IMG/VR virus record: IMGVR_UViG_3300024520_000066
Span: 1,745-65,744 of that record
From: a virus
Taxonomy: Duplodnaviria; Caudoviricetes
Length of the DNA stretch: 64,000 nt
Reading direction: 5' to 3' (one strand)
The position numbers were made by a program, and so were the translations under genes. Under the pieces are notes generated by a model. The model saw only the letters and a list, made by a program, of their open reading frames with translations, did no database searches and was not told the DNA's origin. Positions 41,350 through 51,333 of this stretch are shown piece by piece (the stretch's first letter is position 1; the number at the start of each line of letters is the position of its first letter).

Positions 41350-42000
41350 TTATTTAAACAATTTTAATGTTTTATAGTATCCAATTGTTACAAATTTCTC
41401 AGAGTTTACACCTAATGTAACAATGCTTCCTTTTTTATTTTGTATCCCAAGAGACACTCCTATTACAGGTGCTTGAGGGATTACTTGTTGTGCTGGTAAT
41501 CCTAATTCTAATCCATAAACTAAAGATGCTTTTGGATATCTATACACAACCTCTGGAATGTATTTGAATTCTTTTTCTTTTATATTATAGTCAATACGGT
41601 ATGCTAATAATGATCCGCGAGTTTTTGCATATAAATCAACTTTTACTATATCATTATCAATAGCCACTTCATTATATTCTTTAATCTGAATAGACTCTAA
41701 ATAAAGATTACGAGCGGAAATGCTGTCTTTTTCTTTAATAACTTGATCATACTTATTCTTATATTCTTGATCAACTACAATCTCTACATCTCCTTTTATA
41801 TAAACAGGAACCTCAATTATTTCTGGATCATAAATAGAATCATTATTATTATCAATAATAACCACTCCGCTTGACTCCGTTGAGCCTGGTATAGAAATAG
41901 TTTTATCATCATAAATTGGTTTTGGCCTTGTGTTAAAATAAATCATAAATCCTAAAGAAACAGATAATCCTAATATTATATAATTTTTTATCTTTTCCAT
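41350..42000 (-). CDS. membrane-anchored protein, spanin-like candidate
   Basis: N-terminal TM helix, central helical part, C-terminal amphipathic beta-strands; next to a holin-like gene. Confidence 0.5.
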   Translation of the reverse strand: MEKIKNYIILGLSVSLGFMIYFNTRPKPIYDDKTISIPGSTESSGVVIIDNNNDSIYDPEIIEVPVYIKGDVEIVVDQEYKNKYDQVIKEKDSISARNLYLESIQIKEYNEVAIDNDIVKVDLYAKTRGSLLAYRIDYNIKEKEFKYIPEVVYRYPKASLVYGLELGLPAQQVIPQAPVIGVSLGIQNKKGSIVTLGVNSEKFVTIGYYKTLKLFK

Positions 42001-42087
42001 TATTTTTTTTTTAAAAGATTCAATAAATGTATTCGTAATTACGTAAATAAATTTATTTAATCTTTTTTATTTATTCAATTCATTTTA

Positions 42088-42330
42088 CTACTTCTCTACT
42101 TTACCAAACAGTTTGTTTATTCCTGCGGTGAAAAATGTCTTAACCATATCTATTGCCTTATCTTCACTTATAGCAAAAATTACACCTGTATAAATAAGTA
42201 AACCTATCTGCCAAAGGCTTATTTCTCGTTTTAAGTCGATGAATAAATACATGAATATTAGTACTATTCCTGCGGCAAAAAGTATCAATCCTAATACTGT
42301 ACTTATTTTGTTTGTTTTAAAATTATTCAT
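42088..42330 (-). CDS. holin-like small membrane protein
   Basis: 80 aa, two TM helices, charged C-terminus. Confidence 0.55.
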   Translation of the reverse strand: MNNFKTNKISTVLGLILFAAGIVLIFMYLFIDLKREISLWQIGLLIYTGVIFAISEDKAIDMVKTFFTAGINKLFGKVEK

Positions 42331-42366
42331 AATTTATATGTGTTATTGACCATTTAAAGTAGGTAT

Positions 42367-43050
42367 TTATATTATTTTAATTTTCAAAACAGATGTTATT
42401 AAGATATTTCCACTAGAGTCTTTGCCTGATGTTGTTAAATTATAATTTCCAACAGTAAAAGGATACGGCTCTGGTATTAAATTAGTATCCCCATTTACTG
42501 AATAGGGTTTTATTTTTTCTGTTCTTTCATGGACAACTAAACCACCTGTTTCTAATTTAAAATCGAAACTTGTACATTGAGAGCATTCTTCAGTAGTCTT
42601 TAACCTTATATCGCTATCATTTGATAAGCTAAATGTTTTTTCAAATAAAAACCTATCAATTTCCAAACCTAAACTGTCTGTTTGTATAATTGCAACAGGA
42701 TTTGGGTAAAGACTATTATAATCAATAACGAGGTCTTTTAAATCAACTCCCATATAAGCGTTTACAACAAGTATTTCAGTATCCTTTATAGCTATAGTGT
42801 CATTAATAGCTTTAGGTACAACACCTGTTATTGCAACTTCAACATAATCTGGGAATAATATTACATAAGAATCTATATCATTTGCTAAACAGTAGTTTAT
42901 CCCGTCATCTTTAGCCTTTCTTTCAGTAGTTCTGTTTGGAAGTATACTATCTCCTACTTTTGCTCTAAAGTAACCTTTCTGTACACTTTCTATTTGCTGT
43001 GAAAATGTGTACTGTGTAAGTAATAATAATAGTAATAATAGTTTTTTCAT
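42367..43050 (-). CDS. hypothetical protein with Sec signal peptide
   Basis: MKKLLLLLLLLTQYTFS/QQ. Confidence 0.6.
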   Translation of the reverse strand: MKKLLLLLLLLTQYTFSQQIESVQKGYFRAKVGDSILPNRTTERKAKDDGINYCLANDIDSYVILFPDYVEVAITGVVPKAINDTIAIKDTEILVVNAYMGVDLKDLVIDYNSLYPNPVAIIQTDSLGLEIDRFLFEKTFSLSNDSDIRLKTTEECSQCTSFDFKLETGGLVVHERTEKIKPYSVNGDTNLIPEPYPFTVGNYNLTTSGKDSSGNILITSVLKIKII

Positions 43051-43080
43051 TATTCTGTTGCGTTTTTATTTTAATTGTTA

Positions 43081-45399
43081 TTAATAAATTGAATAAATAG
43101 CATTTAACGCGTTTTGATAATCTACCATCTCTGTGGGTGTCATATAACTTGGGATAATGTGTAATGCTTTTATTTTAGATGTAAAAAATATACTACTCCC
43201 ATATTGTCTTTTACCAATATAAAGCTCCCCAAAATTACCTCCAGCAAAAGCCGCTGTTTTGTTAATTTTGTCCGTTGCCCACGTACCCCCAGAAATACTA
43301 GCGGGCGCGCCTCTATTAACCCCGTTTTTAAAATTATATATTGCGTTTGCCGAATTATCATAAGTAGCTGCTAAAATATAATTATTAGTAGTTGTTAAAT
43401 CGCCCCAACCCGATGAAATATAACACGCTCCAACCGTTAACCCCTCCGTTGAAAAGCTCCAATCTGGAGCGTTTATATCATTTGCCACTGGAGTTCCAAC
43501 GGATTTAGAGCAAATACGAAGTCCCGATGTTGACTGTAAATTTTCTATAACTACAAAAATTGAAAATCCAGCTGTAAGATTTAAACTTTCATGATGCGTA
43601 ACTCTTAAAAAACTTGCACCATCAAATTGTATTCCTCCGCTTACCCAATTAGGTTTTGCTGCGTTGTTTGCAATTCTTAAAAAAGGACTATTAAAATTAA
43701 TACTTTGGTCATGTATTATAGAAATTCCGTTAACATCTTCAAATCTTTGTGAATTTTCATCTATAATCAAACCCCCGTCAATATAATTTATAGGTGTTAA
43801 GCTTCTAAAGCCCGTTATTTTAGACAAAGTTATTAAATCAGCATTGTGCCAGTCGACCGCGTCCGCGGTTGCTAGTCTTGTAGCAAATAAAATATCATTC
43901 CCATCTATTATAAAAGATGGGTATTGCGCGCCGTATTGTAAAACTTCTGACTCCCAGCTTAAAGTAGGCGTAAATCCAACGACTTTTTTTAATATATCCC
44001 ACGTAATACCATCGTCATCACTGGATATTAAATATCCCTCCATTCTTTGGTCTGAAAAATCTTTAAATCTATTTACATTCGTTATAGAATATAATTTGTC
44101 TGATGTTGAATCGTAAGTAACTTGGTATTTTACATTTCCACCGTGTAATTTTACTATATTCTGAGTGCTTGATATGGTAGAAGTCGACGGATTTAAAGGA
44201 ACCCATGTAACATCCATATATACACCGTGGTTTGAAGCTGGCGTCTGTTCTAATCTCATAAACAAACGTAAGTTCCCAGAGCTTAACTCCACGATAGACG
44301 CCTCTAAAAAACCTTTACTTACAGATTGCCCCGCCGCTGGAGGGTATTTTGTATTTGGTGTATTAGAATATATTTCAGAATTTGAAAAAGTAGTTCCATT
44401 AAATGCAACTTTATTACTAAAAGACCAGTTCCCAGCGTCCTCTAAATCTGTTAAATCTGCGAAAACTAGACAAGCCTCGTAAATACCACCAAAAGACCCA
44501 CTACTTTTTACAGCCTCAATCCCAGCGACTAAAAAACCATCCTTTATAATAACATTATTTGGTGATTTGCTCCAGCCAATATATGCGCCTGCGGGCGCAG
44601 CCAAAACAGTTGTAACGGCACTCCATGTTAATCCATCATCTGTTGATTTTGAAAGTGTAATATTTCCGTTTTCTTTATCCGTACCTAATAAATATATGTT
44701 TCCATTATATTCAAAAATAGAAGCCCAAAACATATCCACAACATCCGCCGCTTTTGTAAAATTATTTGTTTCTAAAGGAGCATCTGTGTAATATATAGAT
44801 GTAGTTCCCGAAACTGCATAATCAGAACCAGCCCCATAATAATCATGGGCTACTAAATACCTTCCTGTACTTGTTTTGAATATAACTGGCGAACCTAAAA
44901 AGATATTTGATGGATTTGCTGATTCTACAACTGTAATACCAAAAGGCAAGGCTGTTAAATCTACAAATGGATTTATATGTATTTGTTTAACCCAATATTC
45001 AATTCTGCCATTGCTATTCTCAACCTCTAAATAAATATCTGTATTAGCCTGAAAATCTTCTCCTTTTATATTTATTGCGCCTGTTATTTCTGGCAAACTT
45101 GGAGCGTTAACAAGTAGACGAGCCTTTCCGCCGTTAATAGAACCCGTTACCGTGTAAATTAAACTGGTGTTTGGCGTTGTCATGTTGCAATATGTAACCA
45201 AAGGATTATTTAAAGGTATTTCTGTTCCTGTGTAAATTGATGAACCGCCACTGTTTACTTGAGATAAAGGAACGCCGTTTATATTAACTGCCCCTAAAAA
45301 ATCAACAGTACCTAGATAATCATAATCAGAGTACATTTTCTTTTGGGAAAAAGAAATTGTTGTTATAAGTATCGTTATTAATGGAATTATTTTTTTCAT
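43081..45399 (-). CDS. sialidase-like beta-propeller plus LamG-like domain protein with signal peptide (receptor binding/depolymerase candidate)
   Basis: Asp-boxes SKSTDDGLTWS and SSDDDGITWD; C-terminal GIQFDGASFL...LYIGKR concanavalin-like region. Confidence 0.7.
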   Translation of the reverse strand: MKKIIPLITILITTISFSQKKMYSDYDYLGTVDFLGAVNINGVPLSQVNSGGSSIYTGTEIPLNNPLVTYCNMTTPNTSLIYTVTGSINGGKARLLVNAPSLPEITGAINIKGEDFQANTDIYLEVENSNGRIEYWVKQIHINPFVDLTALPFGITVVESANPSNIFLGSPVIFKTSTGRYLVAHDYYGAGSDYAVSGTTSIYYTDAPLETNNFTKAADVVDMFWASIFEYNGNIYLLGTDKENGNITLSKSTDDGLTWSAVTTVLAAPAGAYIGWSKSPNNVIIKDGFLVAGIEAVKSSGSFGGIYEACLVFADLTDLEDAGNWSFSNKVAFNGTTFSNSEIYSNTPNTKYPPAAGQSVSKGFLEASIVELSSGNLRLFMRLEQTPASNHGVYMDVTWVPLNPSTSTISSTQNIVKLHGGNVKYQVTYDSTSDKLYSITNVNRFKDFSDQRMEGYLISSDDDGITWDILKKVVGFTPTLSWESEVLQYGAQYPSFIIDGNDILFATRLATADAVDWHNADLITLSKITGFRSLTPINYIDGGLIIDENSQRFEDVNGISIIHDQSINFNSPFLRIANNAAKPNWVSGGIQFDGASFLRVTHHESLNLTAGFSIFVVIENLQSTSGLRICSKSVGTPVANDINAPDWSFSTEGLTVGACYISSGWGDLTTTNNYILAATYDNSANAIYNFKNGVNRGAPASISGGTWATDKINKTAAFAGGNFGELYIGKRQYGSSIFFTSKIKALHIIPSYMTPTEMVDYQNALNAIYSIY

Positions 45400-45412
45400 T
45401 TTAATTGTATTA

Positions 45413-47701
45413 TTAATTATTTAAAGTGTGTTTAACAAAAAATTGAGGGTAAGGGTTTACAGGCGCATCAATAATGGTAGCTTTAACATTGTTTGTCATG
45501 TTTACAAACAACTTACTTAATGTAGCATCTTGCGTAAAATTGCTATTAATATACATGCCATCGTTACGAGTTAATCCACCACCTAAAGCACCAGATATTG
45601 TTGAGTTTAAAATATACTGACTTTGTGAAATTTGCGTAACAGGTGAGCATAGTGATACATTATCTAAAAAATTTGAGCCTTCAGCATAAATAGTTTTAGC
45701 ATCAAAAATATAGTTAGCAGTATTGTTATTAAAATAACCGTTGTATATAGAAATCTGGTCACCTGTTAATACAGAGCCATCAATAGCTGTACCTGTGTTA
45801 TTTGTAAAATCACAATTAGCAAAAAATGCAAAATTATTTCCTGTAACATCACCACAAGAATCGTTATTATCAAAATTACAATCTATCCAACAATTCAAAT
45901 TATTACCTCTATCCGCTCTCATTAACATAGAAATCCCACAGTTAATAAATTGGCATCTGTAAAATGTAGTTTTATCTATGTAAGAAGTATCATCAAAATT
46001 ACTAGGTGATGTTCTTGGTAGTCTTGGTTCTTGATGCACTCCTATACCACAATCTACAAAACTTACATTATCTAAAAAATTATTGTCAAATCCGTAAATC
46101 CAATAAAAATGAATACCCTTTGCTTGGTTTCTGAAAACTACATTTTTCCATGTGTTACCATTAACTAAATTAACGTCTAAGGCTAAATAAAACCCTACAC
46201 TTCCACCTTGTAAAGTGATGTTAGATAAATGATACCTTAGTGTTTGGTCCTGCGTTGTAGTAGCTGTTATTAAAGGGAAATCGTCTGTTAATCCTACAAT
46301 AGCAGTTTTGCCAGAACCTTGCCCTATAATGCCCTGTGTGTTTCCTACATTACCATTAATAAATAAAGTTGAACTTATATAAAAAACACCTTCTGGCAAT
46401 TCAGCAATTCTATCAGTATCAATCAAATTTTGAATATAAGCAGTACTATCTGGTTTACCTATTCTTTCGGTTGCCCAATTACTCCCTGTTGGATTTGGTA
46501 CAGATTCAAAAGTTACTCTAGGGTATGGCTGATATTCTGGTCTAAGAATCTGACTTGTTAAAGTGTTAAGCAATCCCGCATCTACAATAGTTGAAGCTTG
46601 TGTAACATTGTTTATTCTAGTTTCAAAGTTTGGAATCCCTGTTGTGTTTGAATCACCGTTATAATGCCCTTGTAAATCAATACCCGTACTTCCTGCTTCC
46701 ATTTCGTAAACCTCTCTAAGTAAAAGCGATTTAACACCAAAAACATTAGCGTTTGCTCTTGCTATACTAGGGTTTACTAAAGGGTTATCTGTTTCTTGTG
46801 ATGTCACATGACCTATACCCTTATTAAGAAACATAATATTATCTGCTTCAATATCCCATGCCCTTGTTTCGTTTGCTGCTTGATAACCATTTGCACCACC
46901 AAAATCTGTAATAATAACTTCACCCATGTTTCTAGCATAAAACATAGCGTTTACAGTTTCTTCATTTCTTAAATTCCAACCCTCGGAATCTAAACCTATA
47001 AAAGTAAAATTACCTAAATTATCAATTAAAACAGCATCACCATTAGGTGTTAAGTAATTACCCCAAACAAATAAGTTTCCATCACTAGGCGTTGTATTAT
47101 TACCATTTAATATTAATTGTGGTGATATTGTACTTACAGCTTGTCGATATACTCTATTGTTTCTTAAATAACCAGAAACGCCACAATCAAAATAAATTCT
47201 AGCGTTAATATCTATAAACAAATTATCTTCTAAACTACCACCTAAACTATATAATCTTGTACCGCCAATATGCTTTAAAGTCCAATTTGTAATAGGTGCG
47301 CCAGCTTCAAAAGTTATATCTTGACTTGTTAAAATTTTTACAGATTCTAACCTGCCACCTGTACTACCTGCTGCAATAGTAATTGGTGAAACTGTGGTAA
47401 CTTCTGGATGCCCGTATAAACTTTGGTTTGATGTCATGGTTATTGGCACACCACTATAATCTCCTTTATCCAATCTTACACTACCGTAGGTATTTAAAGC
47501 TGTTTGAATGTTTGCCTTTTCTGAAATGGGCAAAAAATGGGATGCAAAGTACGCCTGTTCCTCAATTAAATTATTGGTTGTTGGCGGTGGCGGTGGTTGC
47601 GACACATTTCGTCTTTTGCTTTGGCTTACTAAACTCGGTAATATTTGGGCATTGCCAAACACGCAAGCCAAAAGCAATAGGTATGTGATTAGTTTTTTCA
47701 T
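45413..47701 (-). CDS. pectin-lyase-like parallel beta-helix protein with signal peptide (depolymerase candidate)
   Basis: DSTAYIQNLID...LPEGVFYISSTL...IIGQGSGKT start motif, an earlier partial copy, Asn/Cys ladders. Confidence 0.7.
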   Translation of the reverse strand: MKKLITYLLLLACVFGNAQILPSLVSQSKRRNVSQPPPPPTTNNLIEEQAYFASHFLPISEKANIQTALNTYGSVRLDKGDYSGVPITMTSNQSLYGHPEVTTVSPITIAAGSTGGRLESVKILTSQDITFEAGAPITNWTLKHIGGTRLYSLGGSLEDNLFIDINARIYFDCGVSGYLRNNRVYRQAVSTISPQLILNGNNTTPSDGNLFVWGNYLTPNGDAVLIDNLGNFTFIGLDSEGWNLRNEETVNAMFYARNMGEVIITDFGGANGYQAANETRAWDIEADNIMFLNKGIGHVTSQETDNPLVNPSIARANANVFGVKSLLLREVYEMEAGSTGIDLQGHYNGDSNTTGIPNFETRINNVTQASTIVDAGLLNTLTSQILRPEYQPYPRVTFESVPNPTGSNWATERIGKPDSTAYIQNLIDTDRIAELPEGVFYISSTLFINGNVGNTQGIIGQGSGKTAIVGLTDDFPLITATTTQDQTLRYHLSNITLQGGSVGFYLALDVNLVNGNTWKNVVFRNQAKGIHFYWIYGFDNNFLDNVSFVDCGIGVHQEPRLPRTSPSNFDDTSYIDKTTFYRCQFINCGISMLMRADRGNNLNCWIDCNFDNNDSCGDVTGNNFAFFANCDFTNNTGTAIDGSVLTGDQISIYNGYFNNNTANYIFDAKTIYAEGSNFLDNVSLCSPVTQISQSQYILNSTISGALGGGLTRNDGMYINSNFTQDATLSKLFVNMTNNVKATIIDAPVNPYPQFFVKHTLNN

Positions 47702-47702
47702 A

Positions 47703-50261
47703 TTATAAAGCTTGCTTTGCTGTTATTAGATAATTTATTGCGTTGGTATAAACAGCTATTTCAGCATCTGTTAAACCTAAACCTATACCAAAAGCACCCA
47801 ATTTTATAGAACTTGCATTTACAGAAGAACCATTGTTGTTTACAGCTAATAGATATGTAGTAAGATTAGGGTGTGTGTTTTGTGAAGTTGCATTACTTGC
47901 TAATAAAACTCCATCTTCCCAAAGTTCATTACTTGTTGCATTTTCCCTGTTTCCTATAAACAAACCACCCGCATCGGTAGTGTTAAAAGCAACCCTTCCA
48001 GATCCAAAGCCATAAGCATCAAAATTAGTATTGCCAGCACCACCTTCTTCAATATCAAACATTATTCTATTTGTGCCATCATTAGCACCAAACTCTACAT
48101 GACCAGATGAAGAAGTTGTTGTTAAACTATAAAAAGCAATATGTAAGTTATTTGCAGTACCGTTAACAAAAAAATTATAATTTGTATCTAAATAATTTGA
48201 CGAACCAGCACCACCTCTTATAACACCAACTGCATCCCTAGTATAAGATGTACCTACACTTGTTAACCTAAAAGCTGCATTGGTATCAGCAGGGTTAAGT
48301 AAGTTAAGTTTTTGGTTGGGTTCTGTTGTTCCAATTAAAGGGTAAAAAACATGAATTTTACTTATTAATGTGGGTGATAATTCTAGGCTATCAACAAAAT
48401 TTTGTATAATGGTTTGTTCGCTTGCGCTAAAACTTCCTGCTGCAATAAAAGCCGCTGCATAATCTATTGTTGGTGCGCTAGTAGTTACATTAACAGTATT
48501 TGAATTTATACTTTCGTTTCCAGCTGCATCTAAAGCCCTAACATTAAAATCATAACTTGTTGAGCCTGTAAGCCCTGTTACTTGATAATTTAAAACATTA
48601 CCTAAAGTAGTTTCTAAAATACCACCTACATATACCTTATACCCTGTAACCGCTACGTTATCGGTAGCACCACTCCATGATAAATCAACCGTTGTTTCAG
48701 CTACTGTTCCAGATGCTAAAGTGGGTGCTGTTGGGTTTTCAACATCTACCCCAGCCACTAAAGTATAATCTAAGAAATCTTCATCTAGTTCAAAATCAAC
48801 TCCGTTCCAAAATAGGTTTATTACATCGGTATCGTTTGCACCTATGCTTAATGTTGGTAAAGTACCACTTGGCACATAAATATCATTACCCCAAGTTACT
48901 GTTCTGCTTCCTACACCATCTTGCGTTAATTTTAATCTTAACCTTTCAGGATATGTAGGCGGTGTCATTGTAATAATTTCATTAAAAGCACCAAAAGTAA
49001 AATCCATAAAAGGTGAAACAGTCCAATTAATATTAGTTGCACCATCACCTGTTGCTGTTTGTACTGCTACTGCACCACTACCACCGCTATTTTCATCTTG
49101 ATACCATGTTAAATTATCATCTTTATCAACTAAAAAATAAACTACTTTTAAATCACCACTTACAGGAACTACTAAAGTACTCGCATCTGTATTATTTAAA
49201 GTTGCTGTTCCTGTGCCATATAAATACCATAATCCAGTATCACCACTTACACCACCTGTAACTGTTATATCAGAATTACCTGCTAATGTGATGTGTCTAT
49301 TAGGTTGTGCGCTTGTGTAAGCATCGCTAACTGTTGCGTTGTATGCTACTAAAGTTGATGCTGTGTTTACTGATGTTGGTATAGTTGCTGCAACTGCATC
49401 TAGTTGCGCTTTATTTACAGCTTCATCAGAAGCCGTTCCGTTTGCAACACCTGTTAATGTATTATTGCCAAAATCTGGTGATGATGTAAAATTCACAAAA
49501 TCTAAAGCAACCGCACCATTAAAAATCCAATCTCCTGTTATGGTTTGGTTTAATGAGGGATCAAAACCAGAACCAACTATTCCTGTTAAACCACTTCCAT
49601 CACCAATAAAAGAATTAGCAGTAACAACTCCTGTTTTGCTAACGGTAAAGGTGTTTGTGCCATTATTTTTACCTACATAAATATTACCCGTTGAATCATT
49701 ATCACCATTTGAAACAATACCATCTCCAGTACCGCTAATATTTGAATATATACCTGTACCAGAAAAAGAACTTTGTGAAAAAATAGCATTACCTGTATTG
49801 CTAGAATTTGATGCAAAAAGAGCATTACCATTGGTTGTAGCGTTATTATAAACATTAATACCACTTTTATCATCAACACCATTGCCTATATACATACCAT
49901 GATTAGTACCACTATTAAGTAGATACAAACCATATCCTGCATCTGTGTTAGTTATTACTATATTTGAACCTCCACCAGAAACGTTAAAATTTTTAGTGCC
50001 TGTAATAGTTTGAGAACCATCTAAAGTAACGTAGTTTGATAAGTCTGAACCACTACCGAAACTTTCCCAACTATCACCATCCCAATATTCATAACGGTTA
50101 TTAGTAATATTATAAATTAACGGATAGCGATCTACAGGAACTATTAACGCATTACGCTGTGTTGTGGTAACTTCTCCAAAAAAAACAGCATCAACATATT
50201 GTTTTTGAGAGTAACTTAAAAAGGATATTAAGCTTATTAGTATTATAAATATTTTTTTCAT
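47703..50261 (-). CDS. tail fibre-like protein with signal peptide, YadA-stalk-like motif, FN3 domain and C-terminal lectin-like domain
   Basis: LTGVANGTASDEAVNKAQL; FN3 PTAPTL...LSWSGATDNVAVTGYKVY...VRALDAAGNES. Confidence 0.7.
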   Translation of the reverse strand: MKKIFIILISLISFLSYSQKQYVDAVFFGEVTTTQRNALIVPVDRYPLIYNITNNRYEYWDGDSWESFGSGSDLSNYVTLDGSQTITGTKNFNVSGGGSNIVITNTDAGYGLYLLNSGTNHGMYIGNGVDDKSGINVYNNATTNGNALFASNSSNTGNAIFSQSSFSGTGIYSNISGTGDGIVSNGDNDSTGNIYVGKNNGTNTFTVSKTGVVTANSFIGDGSGLTGIVGSGFDPSLNQTITGDWIFNGAVALDFVNFTSSPDFGNNTLTGVANGTASDEAVNKAQLDAVAATIPTSVNTASTLVAYNATVSDAYTSAQPNRHITLAGNSDITVTGGVSGDTGLWYLYGTGTATLNNTDASTLVVPVSGDLKVVYFLVDKDDNLTWYQDENSGGSGAVAVQTATGDGATNINWTVSPFMDFTFGAFNEIITMTPPTYPERLRLKLTQDGVGSRTVTWGNDIYVPSGTLPTLSIGANDTDVINLFWNGVDFELDEDFLDYTLVAGVDVENPTAPTLASGTVAETTVDLSWSGATDNVAVTGYKVYVGGILETTLGNVLNYQVTGLTGSTSYDFNVRALDAAGNESINSNTVNVTTSAPTIDYAAAFIAAGSFSASEQTIIQNFVDSLELSPTLISKIHVFYPLIGTTEPNQKLNLLNPADTNAAFRLTSVGTSYTRDAVGVIRGGAGSSNYLDTNYNFFVNGTANNLHIAFYSLTTTSSSGHVEFGANDGTNRIMFDIEEGGAGNTNFDAYGFGSGRVAFNTTDAGGLFIGNRENATSNELWEDGVLLASNATSQNTHPNLTTYLLAVNNNGSSVNASSIKLGAFGIGLGLTDAEIAVYTNAINYLITAKQAL

Positions 50262-50263
50262 GT

Positions 50264-50533
50264 TTACTGTGTTTGTATATAAAATTTTAAATTACTTTCT
50301 GTAGTATATGGTAAGGCGGTTACTTCAGCAATTATATATCTACCATTTAAAACCCCTCTAATAATATTACCAACCGCAATAGTTGCACTAGCAACTCCTT
50401 TTTGATCTACTAAAAAACCATCAATACGCGCTTCTAAACCTAATACAGAAGTACCAACTGTAATATTAATTGGTAATTGAGATCCAGATTCAAACATTAT
50501 ATTTTCTGAACTACTTATTGTTATTGTTGCCAT
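50264..50533 (-). CDS. small tail-associated protein
   Basis: 89 aa; C-terminal half resembles that of the 50869-51186 protein. Confidence 0.55.
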   Translation of the reverse strand: MATITISSSENIMFESGSQLPINITVGTSVLGLEARIDGFLVDQKGVASATIAVGNIIRGVLNGRYIIAEVTALPYTTESNLKFYIQTQ

Positions 50534-50535
50534 AA

Positions 50536-50865
50536 TTAACTAAAAGATTTATTTACATTAATTCGACCATAAAAATCTCTTTGGCCATTAGCAACTCTTA
50601 TTAATGTAGCATCATAAACCACACTTCTATTACCCCAATCATCCGGATTAAAACGCCAGGTAATACTTTGACCATCTATTGTTAAACCATCACCAACTGT
50701 ATATTCTTTTAATGTGGTATAATCGTAATTAACACCTAGTTTAACAACACCATTAATACTCCAGGTATCACCTTCTGATAAGGTGAATGTGATACTGCAA
50801 ATTTGGTTTTGATGCGCTACTATATTTATTTCTTGAGCATCATCTAAATTTATTGTGGTTTCCAT
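50536..50865 (-). CDS. small baseplate/adaptor-like protein
   Basis: 109 aa, beta-rich, in the tail operon. Confidence 0.5.
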   Translation of the reverse strand: METTINLDDAQEINIVAHQNQICSITFTLSEGDTWSINGVVKLGVNYDYTTLKEYTVGDGLTIDGQSITWRFNPDDWGNRSVVYDATLIRVANGQRDFYGRINVNKSFS

Positions 50866-50868
50866 ATT

Positions 50869-51186
50869 TTATATATAAGCGTTTACTGCTAATTGCACTT
50901 TTGTACTATCATTAATATCAAAAGGTAAGGCTATAACCTTACCTACTACATAACGGGTATCTGTATCTAACCATGCTTCAAATTTATCTCCTACCTCTAA
51001 AGCTAAAAGGTCTATATTACCAGAAGCTTTTTCAACAAAATATAAACCTATCTGTATTTTTTTATAAGCTAAAATTAAACCTTCTAAATACGCAAAATTA
51101 GCGTTGGTTTTTCCAGCCCATGTTCTTGCATCATCACCTGTTTCTGAATTTGGTGAAACACCTAAATCTATATTTTGTATTGCCAT
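50869..51186 (-). CDS. tail/baseplate protein with fibre-attachment N-terminal motif
   Basis: IDLGVSPNSETGDDARTWAGKTNANF resembles the GxxPNDGTGDxxRxxxxKxNxNF motif of T4 gp9/gp10-like proteins. Confidence 0.6.
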   Translation of the reverse strand: MAIQNIDLGVSPNSETGDDARTWAGKTNANFAYLEGLILAYKKIQIGLYFVEKASGNIDLLALEVGDKFEAWLDTDTRYVVGKVIALPFDINDSTKVQLAVNAYI

Positions 51187-51191
51187 GTCTA

Positions 51192-51332
51192 TTATTTTGT
51201 TTCATCTGCAAAACGCGTAGTGCTATCTGCAAATATTAATGTACTATCAGCTGTAAAAGCATTATTATTAACACTAGGCAACTGCAACTCATTTATAAGT
51301 ATTTTAAAACCTATTTTATGTTTTTCTGCCAT
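51192..51332 (-). CDS. 46-aa tail-associated peptide with (T/F)AD(S/E)T repeats
   Basis: ATG at 51332 just after the upstream stop; FTADST-LIFADST-TRFADET. Confidence 0.55.
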   Translation of the reverse strand: MAEKHKIGFKILINELQLPSVNNNAFTADSTLIFADSTTRFADETK

Positions 51333-51333
51333 G

